Below, in pieces: positions 30,791-32,000 of a DNA stretch of 32,000 nt. A model generated the notes under the pieces. The model searched no databases. It was not told the origin of the DNA and saw nothing but the letters and a program-made list of their open reading frames with translations. This stretch comes from Spiroplasma endosymbiont of Antitype chi (lineage in GTDB: Bacteria > Bacillota_I > Bacilli_A > Mycoplasmatales > Mycoplasmataceae). Within the stretch, counting starts at the first letter, position 1; each line of letters begins with the position of its first letter. The stretch lies in the NCBI GenBank assembly GCA_964019725.1, contig OZ026467.1, forward strand, positions 1,606,794 to 1,638,793, written 5' to 3'. A program made the translations under genes and the position numbers.

Positions 30791-31289
30791 ATGAAAAAAA
30801 ATATTAAGTCTTTTGGGAACAATCACTTTAATAGGAGCAAGTACAACAAGTTTAGTTGCTTGTAATACATCGCAAGAATATACAAAAGAAAAATTATTAC
30901 AATTAAAATCAAAAAACAATATAATAACAAAAGGTGGTATTTTAGAATGAATATCAACGCAAGAAACACCATTTAATAAAGTTGATAATAAATGATATTT
31001 TGTAATATGAAAAGGTAAAAATAAATATCATTTAAACAAATTTAAAAATATTGCGCACAAAGATGAACTAATATTTAATGATGGTACTAACCACCTTTAT
31101 TTAAGATTAGACGTTGATTTTAATTTGTTATATGTATATGAAACTTATCAAGGAAAAGAAACTAAGTTATATTATTGAAAAAATAAAAATGATGATTATA
31201 TTAAATCTGTTTATAATTGAAATGGTAAAGAACAAAATTTACCTGACTTAATTGTTGATAATGATGGTAATGTAAAAGTTAACGGATAA
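30791..31289 (+). pseudogene. lipoprotein paralogue, out of frame at an A8 tract directly after the ATG (phase-OFF or pseudogene)
   Basis: ATG 30791 is followed by A8 at 30794-30801. With A7 the ORF reads MKKILSLLGTITLIGASTTSLVAC... to TAA 31287-31289. The total length of 499 nt is 3n+1. It shares the LEW..PFN..D.KWY.VIW.GK and SVY.W.G motifs with 4685-5176. Confidence 0.7.
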
Positions 31290-31405
31290 TAAAAAAAGAT
31301 ATACTAAATCTCTTTTTATTTTTTATCTTGGTTTCATTGTAATTTTAACAGGGTTATTGCTGCTATTTATAATCCTCAAAACATTTGGATTATTTATATT
31401 AAATT

Positions 31406-32000
31406 TTATACTTCCCCGTATGAAATAGGTGTTTCATATTCGGTTGTACCTCAATATCGAATATCTCCATATCCCTCAACTCCTAATAATTTGGGAATTA
31501 TACTTTTTGATATTATAATTTTTAATTTCATATTATTAGTATAATATACCTGAAGTTTAGTTTCTTTAATTTTATCGTTATCATTATTATATAATTTTGT
31601 TATTTGCAATAATAAATAAATAAACGCTTCACCTAACTTAGTTTTATATTTAGTTCTATATTCTTTATTTATTAATCCATTAGTATAATCAGCAGCAACT
31701 GTTTGAATATAATTTACTCTTATATTATCAGTATATAAAGTTATTTTATTATTAAAATTAACTTTATCAACTTGTTACATTCCTTGTGTCTATATTTTTA
31801 CACAATCCAAATTACCTAAATAATCTGAACACCCCGTTATACCAAATAAAATTTCAACATTTCTATTAGGAATAAAATTTTCTATATTTAGTGGTTCACA
31901 TTCAACTTGTAAATTACTTAGATTACTTATTTCAATTGTTTTATAATAACTAATAAATTTATCTATACTTTGAATGATTGGGTCAATTTGTTTTAAGTCA
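31406..32000 (-). pseudogene. 3' part of an unknown ORF (continues beyond the window) with adjacent in-frame TAG and TAA
   Basis: A single frame is open (code 4) from 32000 to TAA 31406-31408, except for TAG 31790-31792 and TAA 31775-31777. Confidence 0.45.

Overview
This is a very AT-rich Mollicutes-type sequence, Spiroplasma-like by inference. It has to be read with genetic code 4 (TGA=Trp): many track ORFs join in-frame across TGA into full-length, recognisable phage proteins. Most of the window (about 5.3-28.7 kb, minus strand) is an HK97-like siphovirus prophage. The early/recombination module holds an orphan beta-class DNA methyltransferase, a multi-pass membrane protein, a coiled-coil protein, a Cas4/RecB-like exonuclease, RecT, an HNH endonuclease and a run of small zinc-ribbon/Cys-rich ORFs. 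Next comes a PD-(D/E)xK nuclease 'moron'. The late operon follows: P27-like TerS, TerL, portal, one fused prohead-protease/scaffold/major-capsid ORF, connectors, major tail, a chaperone with an A_AAA_AAG -1 frameshift site, tape measure, Dit, a Tal-like protein, and two paralogous fibres interleaved with two small membrane proteins. The flanks carry an ISLre2-like transposase pseudogene, small promoter/terminator-bounded units, stray phage-like ORFs and three surface (lipo)protein genes. I saw no rRNA, tRNA, CRISPR array, integrase or repressor. The most striking observation is a perfect 269-bp inverted repeat that places the C-terminal domain of a convergently transcribed lipoprotein gene onto the last tail-fibre gene, in invertible-cassette or decoy geometry. 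Other notable signals: about 24 single in-frame TAA/TAG codons in ORFs that otherwise stay open; frameshifts concentrated in A/T homopolymers; a 110-bp MITE with an 8-bp target duplication that splits the exonuclease gene; a second 133-bp inverted-repeat element; five copies of a conserved minus-strand promoter module; a GC-rich island (candidate cos) in the late-operon leader; and TA-repeat or poly-A contingency-type tracts at the surface-protein genes. All product calls rest on motif recognition by eye, with no database search. Coordinates of non-track features were counted by hand and may be off by a few bases.
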